Source: Ginglymostoma cirratum
Taxonomy: Eukaryota
Direction: 5' to 3'
Length of the DNA: 64,000 bases
Assembly (NCBI GenBank): GCA_024137785.1
Contig: JAHRHZ010000069.1
Location: 22,218,750 to 22,282,749, forward strand
Positions 12,001 to 64,000 of this stretch are shown here, in pieces. The translations under genes were made by a program, and so were the position numbers. The number at the start of each line of letters is the position of its first letter. Within the stretch, counting starts at the first letter, position 1. The notes beneath the pieces were generated by a model, which saw nothing but the letters and a program-made list of their open reading frames with translations, made no database searches and had not been told where the DNA came from.

Positions 12001-14849
12001 CAAATTCTGTCTGTTAGGGCACTTTTCAAGGAAATGTGTAGGAAACGGGATGATCAACATATTACCTTCACCTCTTCATTGCTTTCTGTTGAATGGATTG
12101 CAGAATGCACTGGTCATACTGAAAAATCCGCTGTCATTAGATGTAAAATGACTTGCCAAGATATATTCAATATATTCATAATGTTCCTCCAGGCATTTAC
12201 CCTCAACAGCCACTGTTTCATATTTGGGACATTGATCCACACAGTCCTTCCCGACCACATCGTCACCACCCAACCGTGTTGCACTGTTGGGAAGAAGGGA
12301 GAAAATGGTACGAGCATCATCAACAAGCACGCGGGCAGTTAATCCAAATTGAACCAGAACAAGTGGATGAATTCAATGTCACGTCCAGCCTAGGTCACAG
12401 TATATTGTATTGAGCGCTGGTTAAATCCTATGAAAAAATAAACAAGAATTCCAAACCTTTGCCAGACCTGCTGAGTTTTTCCAGCAATTTGTTTTTGATT
12501 TTCAGCATCCGCAGTCTGTTTTTAAAATATCCAAAAGCCGTATCAGCCACTCATCACGCATGCTGGTGATCCGGATACTTAAAGTTCCACACGAGACAAC
12601 AATCACACATTTACGACAAACGATAGCGTGCTGTAGAGCGACGCTACATGCCAAATCGAGATAATTGTTTAATGACCAAATCTGTTCACATTATGTCCAT
12701 TAAGATGTTATTTGATTGTATAGACACAATTAGTCTACATGCATCTGTGCATGTGTTATTGAAAAAGGGTTCCCGTTCTTAAAGGGAACAGAAGATATTG
12801 TGTTATGGCATAGATTCCAGACCAGCCAGACCTTTGAAGGAAGTTATTTGATGTATAAAGTCTGATGTTCCATAATAAAGATACTCACTTCACCTGTAGT
12901 CGCTCTGTGTGCAATAGCCTCCATGTAACGTCTTTAGGTAGTTATTTGTGTTTGCAATACCAGTAAATACAGAACTTAATCTCTGACTGTGATAGTGTTG
13001 TCTTATAAATAGTGTTGTAAATAAATTTAACTATATTTGATCAGCTAGTACCCTTTTGTGATATATGTTACATAGGCTAATATATAAGAAAATTACAAAG
13101 TTCATCAGTGTCTAGAACTGTCAACAATATAAGCACAAAATTGCAGACTTGTGATTTAGAGAAAAGTCCCTTTGTGGCCAGTTTGGATTAAATGGAGGCA
13201 CATGTTAGTTTTGCTCCATTTTGTTTATAAAAATTGATTTGACATAGCAGAAAATACTGAAAACTGTAATTGCAGAAGGCATCTCAGGATATAGAACAGT
13301 TGCTGTACAGTCCATCTCCAAAAGCAAAACTAGATAATTGATATCAGGTGTGTTTACCTTTCATTTGAAAGCTTTGCAATTCCAAAAGTATTAGAGGAAG
13401 AACTAACCACTAACATTAACATGATGTGGATGCAGACAGGTTTGCTTCATTATGAATGGGGCTTCAGAAATGCCTGCAAGATTGTTTGAAGTGGCTAAGT
13501 ATCAGCTGAAGTGGAGTGTGAAATTGACAATTTCAGCTCAACTGCAAATTTAACTCCACCTTTCTTTAGAAGTCATGCTATCAGTGATTAGCTGTGTCAT
13601 AGACTGGCATGTCCTGACATACTTGCAGGGCATGCACTTTACCAATGGCAGTCCTGCTTTCACAACAGCAAAGTAAATAAGATGACAGCACTGCCTTCTG
13701 CGAGTCTGCACAACACTGGAAGAGACGGTTTCTGTAGCTGTGCTGGCAACACAAACATTCAGAACCCGTGTTGACAGTGATTCAGTCTGTCTCAATGAAT
13801 GAGCAAAGTGATTTCGCACTCCCAGGAATGGACCCACCCCCATTCATTAAGGTGCAACTTTAAAAGAAGTGCGCACACCGAATTGTGTTTCTGTTGTTCT
13901 GTTTGCTGTCGACGAAACTGTTCAATATAAATCATGTCTTTACAACAAATCAGGTCTCCATTGTTGTAGGATTTTTTTTTTTTGCAATCATTCTGTGATA
14001 TGCTCAAATAAATTTTGACAACTGTGTTGTTAACCACAACTTTGAACTTTGTAAGGGAAACTTTGAATTCCAGTTATGTTAGCCTTCTCTTTGAATAAAT
14101 CTCTGCAAATTAACTAACAGATTAGATAATCCAGCAGAGTTGACTTTTAATTATTACCACAATTTACTTTCTTCTACTTCTGGTTCTCCCCACCGAACCT
14201 TTATTTGATCTTTTAAACACCACACTGATCTAATTATTTATTTTAAGCATTGATACTAGTTTACAGATATTTCTAGTGCGTTTTTTGGGGGATACGGGGA
14301 GGGAAGTTGTGTGCACAAGATCTTCTAAGCACTGACTTTTGGAAATAGTTGTTTGGGTTTTTTGTACAACTTTTCAATTTTTAAAAAATGTTTATCTTTT
14401 TTTAAGAAGTCAGAATATCATATTTAATTTTATATTTTTGGTTCTTCTGTTTTATATTAACCTCATATCCTGTAATCAGCTAGGGCCCAAACATTTTATA
14501 AATTGTAACAAGTCTATCTTAAACGGAAGACCAGAAATCCAGCTCACTACCTGTCATGGCAGCTGCTTTCTATTGCAGATAGTTTTATAACTGAACAGGT
14601 TTTCCATGGAAATAAACAACCTGATTCTCCTACCCTCATTGCAAAATTTCTTCTCTTTTCTTTCTGTAGACACGACATAGAAATGTTTTGTGTGCCATTT
14701 CAGAATACTATTGTTAATTGCTTTACTGTTTCAAGATTAAAAGATTGGATGCCCCAGTGAGCTGCTACAAAAGTATGCTTTGGTTTCATGTGAAAATGTA
14801 ATCTATTCCTGTAAAGTTAAGGAATAGAAATGGAAATAATGTTAAGACT

Positions 14850-15580
14850 TATTCCTTCTTAGGTTGTGACCGTTGGCAAGGTCACCCTTTGTTGCCCATC
14901 CCTAATTGCACTTGAGAAAGTGGCAGGGAGCTGCCTTCTTGAGGTGCTGCTACCCATGTTGTGTAGCTACACCTACCATCCTGTTAGGAAGGAAGTTGCA
15001 GACATTTGACTCTGAACGTAAAGGAGTGGTGATACAGTTCCAAGTCAAGATAATGTGTGGTTTAGAGGAGCTTGCAAGGTGATGGAGGTTGTGGGTTTGA
15101 AAAAGAGCTGCTAAAGGAGGCTTGGGAAATTGCTGCAGTCTATTCTGTAGATGGTACACATGCCGATCACTGCATCTGTGGTAGAGTGAGTTTTTTTTAT
15201 GGTATTGAATGGGAAGCCTTTCAAGCAGCTGGTTTGTCCTAGACAATGATAAACTTGGAGCAGCACTCATCCAGGCAAAGGTACAGTATTACATCACACT
15301 CCTAACTGCGCTTTGCGGGTCAGGAAGTGAGTTACTTATAGGATTCACAGGATCTGATGTGCTTCAGTTTCTGGTCAATAGTTACCCCCTGTTGATAGTG
15401 GAGATTTAGCACTTAAAATGCTGTTGACTGTCAAGGGAAGATGGTTAGATTCTCTTTGTGGAGCTGATCATTGCCTGACACTTGTGTGGTGTGAATGTTA
15501 CTTGCCATTCATCAGCGCAAGCCTGGATGTTGTACGGGTTTTGCTGCATATGGGCTCAGACTGTCTCAGTATTACAAGTG
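14850..15580 (-). mobile_element. LINE 3' end whose tail is shared with the SINE family at 29.6 and 61 kb
   Basis: tttgttgcccatccctaattgc tail plus a decayed ORF2 C-terminus; clade not determined. Confidence 0.7.
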
Positions 15581-16171
15581 ACTAAGCAATGGATTTAAGA
15601 TTGACCTGCCCTACCACCTTCTGAGTAACATCTCAGATTGCCCAAATATTAACATGAGATGATTTTTAACAATCTCAAATGACAGGGTTAAAAGTAATTT
15701 TTGCAGTCAAAATGGAGACTGTATTTCACAACAAAGATTGAATCCTGGATCAGTGCATTTGTGAAGGAAGTATTGTTTCATTTAATTTCAGGGATTGAAG
15801 TATGACAGATAACATGAGACTGAGAACAACAGGGAAATGACCAACACATAGGATTTTTTAAAGTGAACAAAACTAAAGATAAGGTTGTTGTACAGGTAAG
15901 ATAGAGGGGTAAGATGTGAAGGACTGGGAAGGATCTTGCCCAATTTAATTGAGCAAAACAATAGAAAACATAAGGAAGGATCAGGAATGGAAAATCTTTA
16001 AATAAGAGGTAGGTAGATTAGCTTCCCAGTTCACTTGAAATGTCACTTCCTCAAATCAAGAAAATTGGCTATATGTTTCCCCTGCAATTCTACCATCAGG
16101 AGCTAGACAAAGGAAAGGCATATCTAAGTCCAATAAATGTTAAAAAAAAAAACCCTACTGACAAGTATTAA

Positions 16172-55859
<39,688 letters not shown>

Positions 55860-56825
55860 TGAATCTATTCCCTAACTATTTTTGATCTGTTTCTGAGACC
55901 TTTCCATAAAGTTATATGTTGTGTAGCTCATTTCCCTGCATCTACAAGGATACGTCTGTAAATTTTGTATGAGTATAAAGTTTACCTGATCAGTAATCTT
56001 TGTTACTTTGGCAGAAATTTTGTGTAGCTGTATACTTGGAAAAATCGATCTCCAGTACTTCATGTTTTGTGTTTGTGCCACTTCAGAAAATGGCAAAGAG
56101 ATCATTCACTTTACGGCTGCTGTTGGTGAAATTTCTTCATAAAATTATAGCTTTTGCTGCATGCATTTCTTGGTAGGCCTGTCATAATGATTGCAGTGAG
56201 TTTAATTTTCTGATTAACTTTTGCCAGAGTGTATATGTGAGTGAAATAATTGAATTTGCCCAGTTTGTAGACTCGTTTGGGTGTTGGAGAGCAGTGGGTG
56301 GGAAATGGTGGAAACTTTGTATAGACGAGATGAGATAAATCTTTAAAGCTTGCACATAATGAGTGTGATTCATGCCTAAGGTTTAATTGGTGCAAAAACA
56401 CAAATTTAATCCAATGACCAGAGATTGATTGGTAAGTTGTTACAGCAGCGGTTAGAATCAGAATACTTTTTGTTCTTGGTATTGAAATAAATTGAACTAT
56501 TCAAGGAAGGTCATTAATGAAAATTAATATGTGAGCTATAAGTGAGGTCTGATGATAATGAATGAATATTTCACATATTTGTATAGCATTTCCCTGTCTA
56601 TTTTTGAAAATAACTGAACTAACGTTCTTTTTAAAAGCAGTGAATTATTACAGAAATGTTGCTATTGCCACGTCTGAAGAGCACGTCTGAAATACATATA
56701 TGTATACAAAACATACTCATTCATAAAATAACAGTTCTCGCATCTTGATCCTGTCAGCTTTTACTGTCAGTGCAATGCTTTCTAACAAACCATTTATTTT
56801 GCCTCACCAATCATTTGCACAGACC

Positions 56826-57039
56826 AGAAAATAAAAACATGCTGGAGATCAGAGGGTCAGTTAGCATCCATGGATTAAAAAGTAAGCTGACGTTTGAGTC
56901 TACATGACTCTTCTTCAGCTCAAGAGTTATCTAGACTCGAAACGTTAGCTTGCGCTCTCCATGGATGATGCCTGACCTCCTGTGATCTCCAGCTTTGAGT
57001 TTCCAGTACAGATTCCAGCATCTGCAGTAATTTGCTTGT
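56826..57039. mobile_element. Palindromic Penelope-terminus insertion (family C) with 13-bp TSD
   Basis: ATTTGCaCAGACC at 56813-56825 and ATTTGCgCAGACC at 57040-57052; inverted arms gctggagatca...catccatgga / tccatggatg...tgatctccagc. Confidence 0.82.
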
Positions 57040-58019
57040 ATTTGCGCAGACCTATTCTGTCAAAATTCCAATTTCTTCTCAGTCAGATTGTACCAAAAGG
57101 GAAATTCTCAGATATCCAGCCAACTGTCCAACCATTTCTCCTACATGACATCTAGATTAGGTAAAAATTATTCTGATTCAGAATGGAAGAATTATAGACG
57201 ATAAACCATTTCATTGCATCCTTTAATTTTCCAGCGATGCCCTCTGTCTGCTTGCCTGCGCTCACAGTACATTCCACCAGATCCATTAACTGACTTGACC
57301 TCGGGTATAGTTTGTTCAGTTAAGAGAGAACAGCCTACAGTACTTAGAGTCCACAACTTGGCTTATCTGCAGTCTTCAATGTGGAGATGAATTTTGTGGA
57401 AACGATGCAGAACTTTTTTTTTCACCCCCACTTGATTTGGATATATTTAATTTCTACTTGATTGCAGCCATTAAAATAAACACTTAACCAGTTTGCTATC
57501 AGTAACAAATTGCTTGGTTGAAGAGGTCAGGTTTTGTGATGAAAGCAAACCTAATGCCATAATTTTGTTTAGATTTAGCAAATAGCCATTGTTGTGGTGG
57601 ATCTAAGTAGCTGAAAGCATTTTTGCTTTTGTTGGAGGATGGAATAATGATTCTGTTCAAAGAATTACTGTTATGAATGGTAAAGATCTTTGTGTGATGT
57701 TATAGTTGAGGTTATAAGCAATACAGAGTTAGTTAGGCTCCCATATAATTGCAAAAATGAGGTAATGGATATTATGTGCAACCAAAAAGTTCATTCTCCA
57801 GAAATTTTACTGTTTCTTTTTAGCTATGCTATTGCGTGAAAACTAAACTCTCATTCTGAAAACATTCCTTTTCTTGTATCACTCAAACATTCTCTTCTTT
57901 TTTTCCAGTACATAAATCTGGCCGTATATTTCCTTTTCACATCCAGATTTCAAATGTTCTTTGAATCAAATCACCAAGGATTTACTAGTTCAGGAATCTG
58001 TGACATTAGGTCTCCTTCT

Positions 58020-58215
58020 GCTATCGTCTAGATAATGATTGCTGAGCCGTAAGTGGACAGACTCAGTTTAATGGCTCATCCAAAAGGCAGCCACAGTGAC
58101 ACGACAGTATTTTCTCAAGTGTCAGCCTGGATTGCATTTGCCTCTGAAGTGGGTTTGAACCCACAACCTTCTGACTTAGAGCCAAGAATGCTACCACAGA
58201 ACCGTAGCTGATGCA
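58020..58215 (-). mobile_element. 5' (tRNA-derived) part of a Deu-SINE
   Basis: gtgggtttgaacccacaaccttctgacttagag...gctaccacaga, a reverse tRNA-like head. Confidence 0.65.
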
Positions 58216-58320
58216 AGTTATTAAATCAGTTAAGTTTTTTTTTTTAAACTGTTCAATTATAATCTAAAGGTTTTCTGTATACTTCCAAATAAATCTTACA
58301 GACAGCCTCCCACCTAATCT

Positions 58321-58457
58321 AAAGAAGGGTCACTGGACCTGCAACATGAACTCTCCTTTGTCCCCACAGATGCTGCCAGAGCTGCTGAGATTTTCCAGCA
58401 ATTTCTGCTTTTGTTCCTGATTTCCAGCATCAGCAGTTCTTCAGGGGGTTTCTATTT
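58321..58457 (+). mobile_element. Penelope-terminus insertion (family B-like) with 14-bp TSD
   Basis: CTCCCACcTAATCT at 58307-58320 and CTCCCACtTAATCT at 58458-58471. Confidence 0.8.
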
Positions 58458-59334
58458 CTCCCACTTAATCTTCCCCTTTCCTAAAGGGCTCCATTTCTGC
58501 AAAAGAGCGTCCATTCAGGCCTCAATCTTATCCGAGCAGACAGCATCCAGCTATTCTGTCCTGAATTTCACACTTCTGCCATGAAAGCAAAACAACTCTC
58601 ACTATTGCATGGTTCCTTAGAACATCTAGTTTGTGCTGTTACTTCTTCAAGCTTTGCTATCTGGGCCTAATTAAGACCCTCTCCCACCCTCTAAACCTGC
58701 CTGTTCTTGAACCTGATTCACACAGTGCACTTTGTACTAATCAAACTTTTTTTTTTACATTTTCTATGATATTGCAAATTGAACAAAACTCTTTCTAAAC
58801 ATTCTATGCAATCCTGCAGGCTGCATTTAAGGAAGAAAAAGAAAATAAGTGGATTAACATTGTCCAATAATGATATTGGGAATGAATTTTTTTCTATTCA
58901 AATTCTAAGTGTTGTTTGCACTGTATGTCAAAGCAACTTGCCTCAAACAAAATACATTTGGTGATGATAGCTAACACTTTCTTTCATAACTTGCGTTAGT
59001 ATCCCTGGGACGCTCTGTATTTTACGTGGTTCCCTAAAAATGTGATCATATTTTGCAGGAAGTCTCCTTTCTAGACTAATTTGAAAACCAGTGCTCTAGA
59101 GTGTAATTTATGTTCGTTTGCTGTACAGTGCAGATTGAAAAACTGCTTTTTTCATTTTCTTCCTCATTAACGTATTTGTGTGTGCAGTCCACAGGATGCT
59201 ATATAGATTTTATCAAATATTTCATGCTATTTTGTATTAGCAAACTAACTCAAATGTTCAAATACTTTTTCGCATTTGACACATTATTAATAATCAGTAA
59301 TTCACTTCATATTGATGTCTAGCAAAAATGATAT

Positions 59335-60240
59335 ATTCACCTTTATTACAAAAGGATTGGGAATATAAGATTACAGAAACCTAACACAACTGATAAGAGT
59401 TTTGGTGAGACCACACCTGGAGTACTCTGTACAGTTGTGATCGCACTACTCAAGGGAAGATTTGCTTGGTTTGTGCTTTCTGATGGAGATGTTACTTTGC
59501 AGAGTCAGGAGGTGAATTACTTGCTACAGACTTCGTAACCTGTTCTTGTAGTCACAGAATTGATATCACTGCTCTAGTTCAGTTATGGTCAAACATTCTG
59601 AATCATCAGCAAACATGTCCATTTCTGACAGTATGATGGATCGAAGATCATTGATGAAGCAGCTGAAGATATTGGTATCTACAACACTACTAGGACCTGC
59701 AGCAAAGTCCTGGGACTGAGTTGACTGTTTTGGCTAGCGGAGATCAATCATACTTTGTGCTAGATAAGACCCCAACCAGTGGAGAGTTTGCCCCAATCCC
59801 CATTAACTCCAGTTTTGCACAATGGAAGTATCACCCCAAATGATGAAGGGTGTCCTCAATGTATGGGCACCTGGACCTGTTGCAGTTAGTTTGGTGAAGA
59901 TCAATTCAAGTAGGATTTTCCCACATACCAGGCCTGAGGCAGGAGTTATCATCTGTGTTCTTAAGGACTTGCTGCTGAATCACTCTCTCGGAGATGGACA
60001 TTTGAAATCCCTCGCCAAAAGTACATTTTGCACCCTTGCCACCACCACTACATTGTCCGATAGGTGATCAGCATGGAGGGGTACTGATTCATCAGCCAAA
60101 GAGATGGGGAGTTTGTAGGCCTGCCTACAACCATGATGGTGACCAGCTGGAGGTTTCCTTGCTCATGTTTGACTTACGGCCATGGGATCCATAGCAAATG
60201 TTGAAGCAGCCCTGGCCAGTGTCATCCCAGCTGTCCACCC
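59335..60240. mobile_element. Mosaic of LINE fragments (CR1 on + at about 59335-59470; minus-strand pieces of the 14850-type LINE)
   Basis: LVRPHLEYSVQL motif; gtcaggaggtgaattac and aagatcattgatgaagcagctgaagat. Confidence 0.65.
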
Positions 60241-60773
60241 CTCTGTTTTTTAATGTATCTTTTAAGTGAACATCCTAACACGTTCAACGCCCACGTCTAG
60301 ATAACACTAGAAAAGTGATGAATGAGAAAATCAAGCTATTTGAAGCCTCCGTAGTCATTTCTCCTTAAGATTGTGACATCCTGTATTCTTTGGCATAAGT
60401 GCTTGTGACTCTTTTTTACTTAAGTGGATAGGTCCATATCCCCCAGTCTGAGTAGTTGCTGTATTTTCTGTTCTTGTTTTTTAAAGCTTTCTTGTATGTG
60501 ATATATCTCCCAATTGCACGCGAGTGAGTGTAAATGAGAACATTTACAAAGCAGGAGAACTTCAGAGAGGAAAGGAATATAGTTTAATACTAAAATTTCG
60601 CACACATGCACATAATAATACTCCTTTTTTCCTGTCGGTCTTCTCTTTAATTGATTAGTGTAGCTATTACTAAACTTTTTGAGAGAGAGTTTGTGGCGTT
60701 GTATACACAGTACTGCAAGTCACCACTCATGACTGAATACCAAATTGTAACTGAAACTGCAGCAATTATTATA

Positions 60774-61430
60774 GGAGGAGGCAACGCCTCAGTGGTATTA
60801 TCGCTGCACTATTAATCCAGACACAGCTAATATACTGGGGAAGTGGGTTAATTTGAATGCAGTAAAAAATAAAAATGGAATTAAGAGTTTAATGATGACC
60901 ACAAGCGCCTCTGGTTCACTCATGTCCTTCAGGGAACGAAACTGCTATCTTTATCTGGTCTGGCCTGCATGTGACCTCAGACCCACAGAAATCTCATTAA
61001 ATCTTAACTCTTATGGGGGAGGGAATGGCCTCGTGGTATTATCACTGGACTGTTAATCCAGAGACCCAGATAACATTTTGGGGACCCGGGTTCGAATCCT
61101 GCCACGGTAGATGGTGAAAGTTGAATTCAGTAAACGTCTGGAATTAAGAATCTAATGATGACTGTTAATCCATTGTCGATTGTCGGAAAATCCCAGCTGG
61201 TTTACTCATGTTTTTTAGGGAAGGAAACTGCAATCCTTACCTGGTCTGGCCGACCTGTGACTCCAAACCAAAAGCAATGTGGTTGACTCTTAACTGCCCT
61301 CTGGGCAATTAGGGATGGGCCACAAGTGCTGCCTAGCCAGGGATGCCCTCAACCCGTGAATGAATAAAGAAACACAAAGCTTTCTGAGAATAAATGCTGG
61401 CCTAGTGACATCGTGAAGGAATAAAAGAAA
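60774..61430 (+). mobile_element. tRNA-derived SINE with a second copy of the same family (61015-61372) nested inside
   Basis: Two heads (gtggtattatc...taatccaga), B box GGTTCGAATCC in the inner copy, outer tail aataaatgctggcctag resumes at about 61389. Confidence 0.82.
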
Positions 61431-61944
61431 ATGATGTCAAAAGAGCATTAAGTAGATTTCTTTGGGAAATTTTCAGTTTGCATCATTGTACTTTTGAATG
61501 CAGTCTGACTGTTGCTTGCAGCTCATCCGTCCCTTTCTCCTTATTCACGTGTATCAAATTTGTCAGGAGGAGAATTATGGTCAGCTGTTCTGCATAGCAA
61601 ACTTAGAACAAATCCTCAAGTAATATCTATGCAATGAAGCTGATAATAGTAAAAGCTCTTGGAATCCAACGATAATATTGGCCCCAAGGTGGGGGCATTA
61701 CCTGCAGCAGCTACCAACTTCCCAATAGCAATGCCTTTCAATAGAAATGCTGCCCTCTGTTTGGCCAGAAGCTCTTGGTAGGCAGGACATCTTTTTTGGG
61801 GTTCTTGATTCTGGGAAAGGTCATCCACTGTACAGTTAGATGCCAATGTACTTCATTCAGCAGGCCTTCACAGAAGAGGAAACGCAAGGCCTTTGCTGAT
61901 TGTCCAGCTAGTGGTCAAGGCAAAGTCACCTCCATTTAAATCTT

Positions 61945-62385
61945 ATTTATTCTTTCAGGATGTGGGTGCTGCCAATAAGACCAGCATTTGTTGACCATCC
62001 CTAATTGTCCTTAAACTGACTTGAGTTGCTAGGCCATTTCAAAGGTCACTTGAGAGTCAACCCCGTTCCTACGGGGCTGGAGTCACATAGACAAGAGTGA
62101 GTAAGTTTCTAATGTAGAAGGTTCAATAACTAAAGGATATATTTTCGAAATAATTGGCCAGGAGTCGGGATGGAAGTGAAGAGATTTTTTGTAACATGGC
62201 AAGTCGATATGGTCTGGAAAGAGTGGTACAAGATTCAACAGTAATGTAGAAGGCACTGTGTGCTTGAAGAAGAAAACTTTACAGTGCCAAGGGGAAAGAG
62301 CAGGGAGTGGAACTGTTAGGATAACTCTTTTAAAATACTGCACAATGTGCAAAAAGGCCTTTTATTGTGCAGTGTGATTCTGTGA
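61945..62385. mobile_element. SINE tail (-) joined to a CR1 3' fragment (+)
   Basis: ccagcatttgttgaccatccctaattg followed by gaagggttcaataactaaagga...ggccttttattgtgcagtgtgattctgtga. Confidence 0.6.
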
Positions 62386-62706
62386 TCTTCATTATATTTT
62401 TATATTATTAACAAATTGGTCAATGATCTTATAAATTATCTGAAGCCAATGAACTATAGAAGTAGTTAATTGTATATGAAGAGCTTTGAGATGTCTCATG
62501 ATGTGTTTATCAGTACAAATCTTTTCCTTCTCTCATTGCTGATGTTACAGTAATTAGACAACGCTTAGAACCTTGAATCAACTGGAAGACTATTTTTGCC
62601 ATTCTACCAGTGCATTCAGGTCTCACAAGCAACAAGGGTCATTGAGCTACTTAATCTGTAGTTAAATATATTACGTGGTGTGGCACTTCATTACCAGTGA
62701 ATCCTT

Positions 62707-62821
62707 TCAGAACCCTCTTCCCCTCCCCCATTTCTGATGAAGGGTTTCGGCCCGAAACGTCAAGTTTTCCTGCTCCTATGATGCTGCTTGACCTGCTGTG
62801 TTCATCCAGCCCCATGCTTGT
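62707..62821 (+). mobile_element. Short Penelope-terminus insertion (family A)
   Basis: Near-perfect reverse complement of 47440-47557; possible 7-bp TSD AATCCTT. Confidence 0.85.
62734..62761 (+). ncRNA. Minimal hammerhead ribozyme-like core (PLE-associated)
   Basis: CTGATGA-A-GGGT(TTCG)GCCC-GAAA-CGTC, with predicted GUC cleavage triplet. Confidence 0.7.
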
Positions 62822-64000
62822 AATCCTTAACCTACACCTGAATTCTTCAATTAGCCCTGGTAGCTCAAGGTTATGGTGAGGAACTGTGAGCTGGCTGTGT
62901 GCATATGTGGGACAATAGAACTGAGATTAAATGGGATGGATCTCACTGTTCCTAAATTCAAATCTCAAAGAATAAACTCTTAAGTGAAGTACCATGAAGC
63001 TTCAATGGAATTATATCTCAGCAGGATTTGTAGCTTCTACAGAGGAGGGGTAAGGTGAAGCATCTGAGAAAAGTGGGAAGAAGCAGGTTTTGATAGCCAA
63101 ATCTCAAAAGCAGACTTGAAGTGTATAGAATAAAGCCATTTGGCCAGGAACACCATAAGTGGTTAGTATAGCGTTTTTGATGCCAACACTGACAGATGGG
63201 GCAGTCTGCTGGAGACCACAGTTCTCATGCTGCTATCACATAGAGCCTTTATCTGTCTTGACATTTGCCTAGTGGATTTCATAAATGTGATAATTTTGCC
63301 TTAAATGGTCTAATATTCTATCTGCTGCGTTTGACACTTTTTTGGTTTAACCTGAGCTCTGCTGCACACCAGTAGTGACTAATCAGCTTGTAATGGTGTG
63401 AGAAAGATCAGACACAGTGAACTATTTATAAAACGATGCATCTCTGCAGTGCAGAATAGTGCATCAATATTTAAGTAACTGATGTTGAATTGTACCCAAT
63501 TACAATTTCAGTGATATCCAATGTGATATGTACCTATGGTAAAACTGTTAGGGGCAGATAGAGTCAAAGAATATCTATCTTTTAAATCTGTATTTATCTT
63601 TATTGAGGACAGAGAGCTTAGCCTCTCTGCAAAGAGAACTCGAAACCGTCCCAGAGTCCAATGTTCCACAGCCCTTCTAAGTTGACACAATATTCAGGGT
63701 GCTTCATTTTATCTCTGTGTCCTTGGACAAAGAGGGGAAAAGTTCAGCTGTGATTTTTCACTTGTGATTGGCATGCATGGCCCTTGCTGAAAACTTGTAG
63801 GAGTGAATGCATGTCACCAGACTTGGCTAGCTCTCTGCCCTGAAAGGAGAACCTCCAAAAAGGCAGAGTGCTGGAGGGCTGACACCAGTATTCGTGTAAG
63901 AGGAGAGACAAGGCAGCAATTCGTGGGGCCATATTTTTGGAATAAGAAATATTCTTCAGATTTTTACAGTTTTATTTTCCAAATAGAACTTTATGGAAGA

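Noticed and set aside
13795-13863. Possible alternative first coding exon MNEQSDFALPGMDPPPFIK|gtgcaa
   Set aside because: The donor is weak and phase 0, whereas exon 16221 needs phase 1.
57235-57293. Possible next MAGI1 exon after ttaattttccag
   Set aside because: Reaches a stop after about 19 codons and does not resemble the expected GLPVPKKSPK; the next exon was not found in the window.

Overview
This is vertebrate genomic DNA, most likely from a shark or other elasmobranch (inferred from HE1/V-SINE-like, Deu-SINE-like, CR1 and Penelope repeats). It covers an internal part of a MAGI1-type scaffold gene on the + strand. Ten coding exons (16221-55851, 1698 nt, 566 codons) splice in frame through GT-AG introns and encode the end of the guanylate-kinase-like domain, WW1, a 36-nt cassette-type exon, WW2 and two PDZ domains. 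No start or stop codon of the gene lies in the window. The rest is intron, packed with decayed CR1, L2, Penelope and Gypsy retroelements and tRNA-derived SINEs, plus two assembly gaps. Four observations stand out. (1) About ten short Penelope-terminus insertions, most with 12-17 bp target-site duplications, carry minimal hammerhead-ribozyme cores (CUGANGA-A-stem-GAAACGUH) with a covarying stem II; two intact cores are sense to the MAGI1 pre-mRNA. (2) An intron-containing tRNA-Pro(CGG) pseudogene sits directly upstream of a SINE inside a nested TE stack. (3) The first signature Trp of WW1 is replaced by Leu. (4) The mammalian polyQ tract is only three Gln long here. Almost all ORFs in the supplied track are spurious or TE-derived. 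Repeat boundaries are approximate and family names come from recalled consensus sequences, not from a search.
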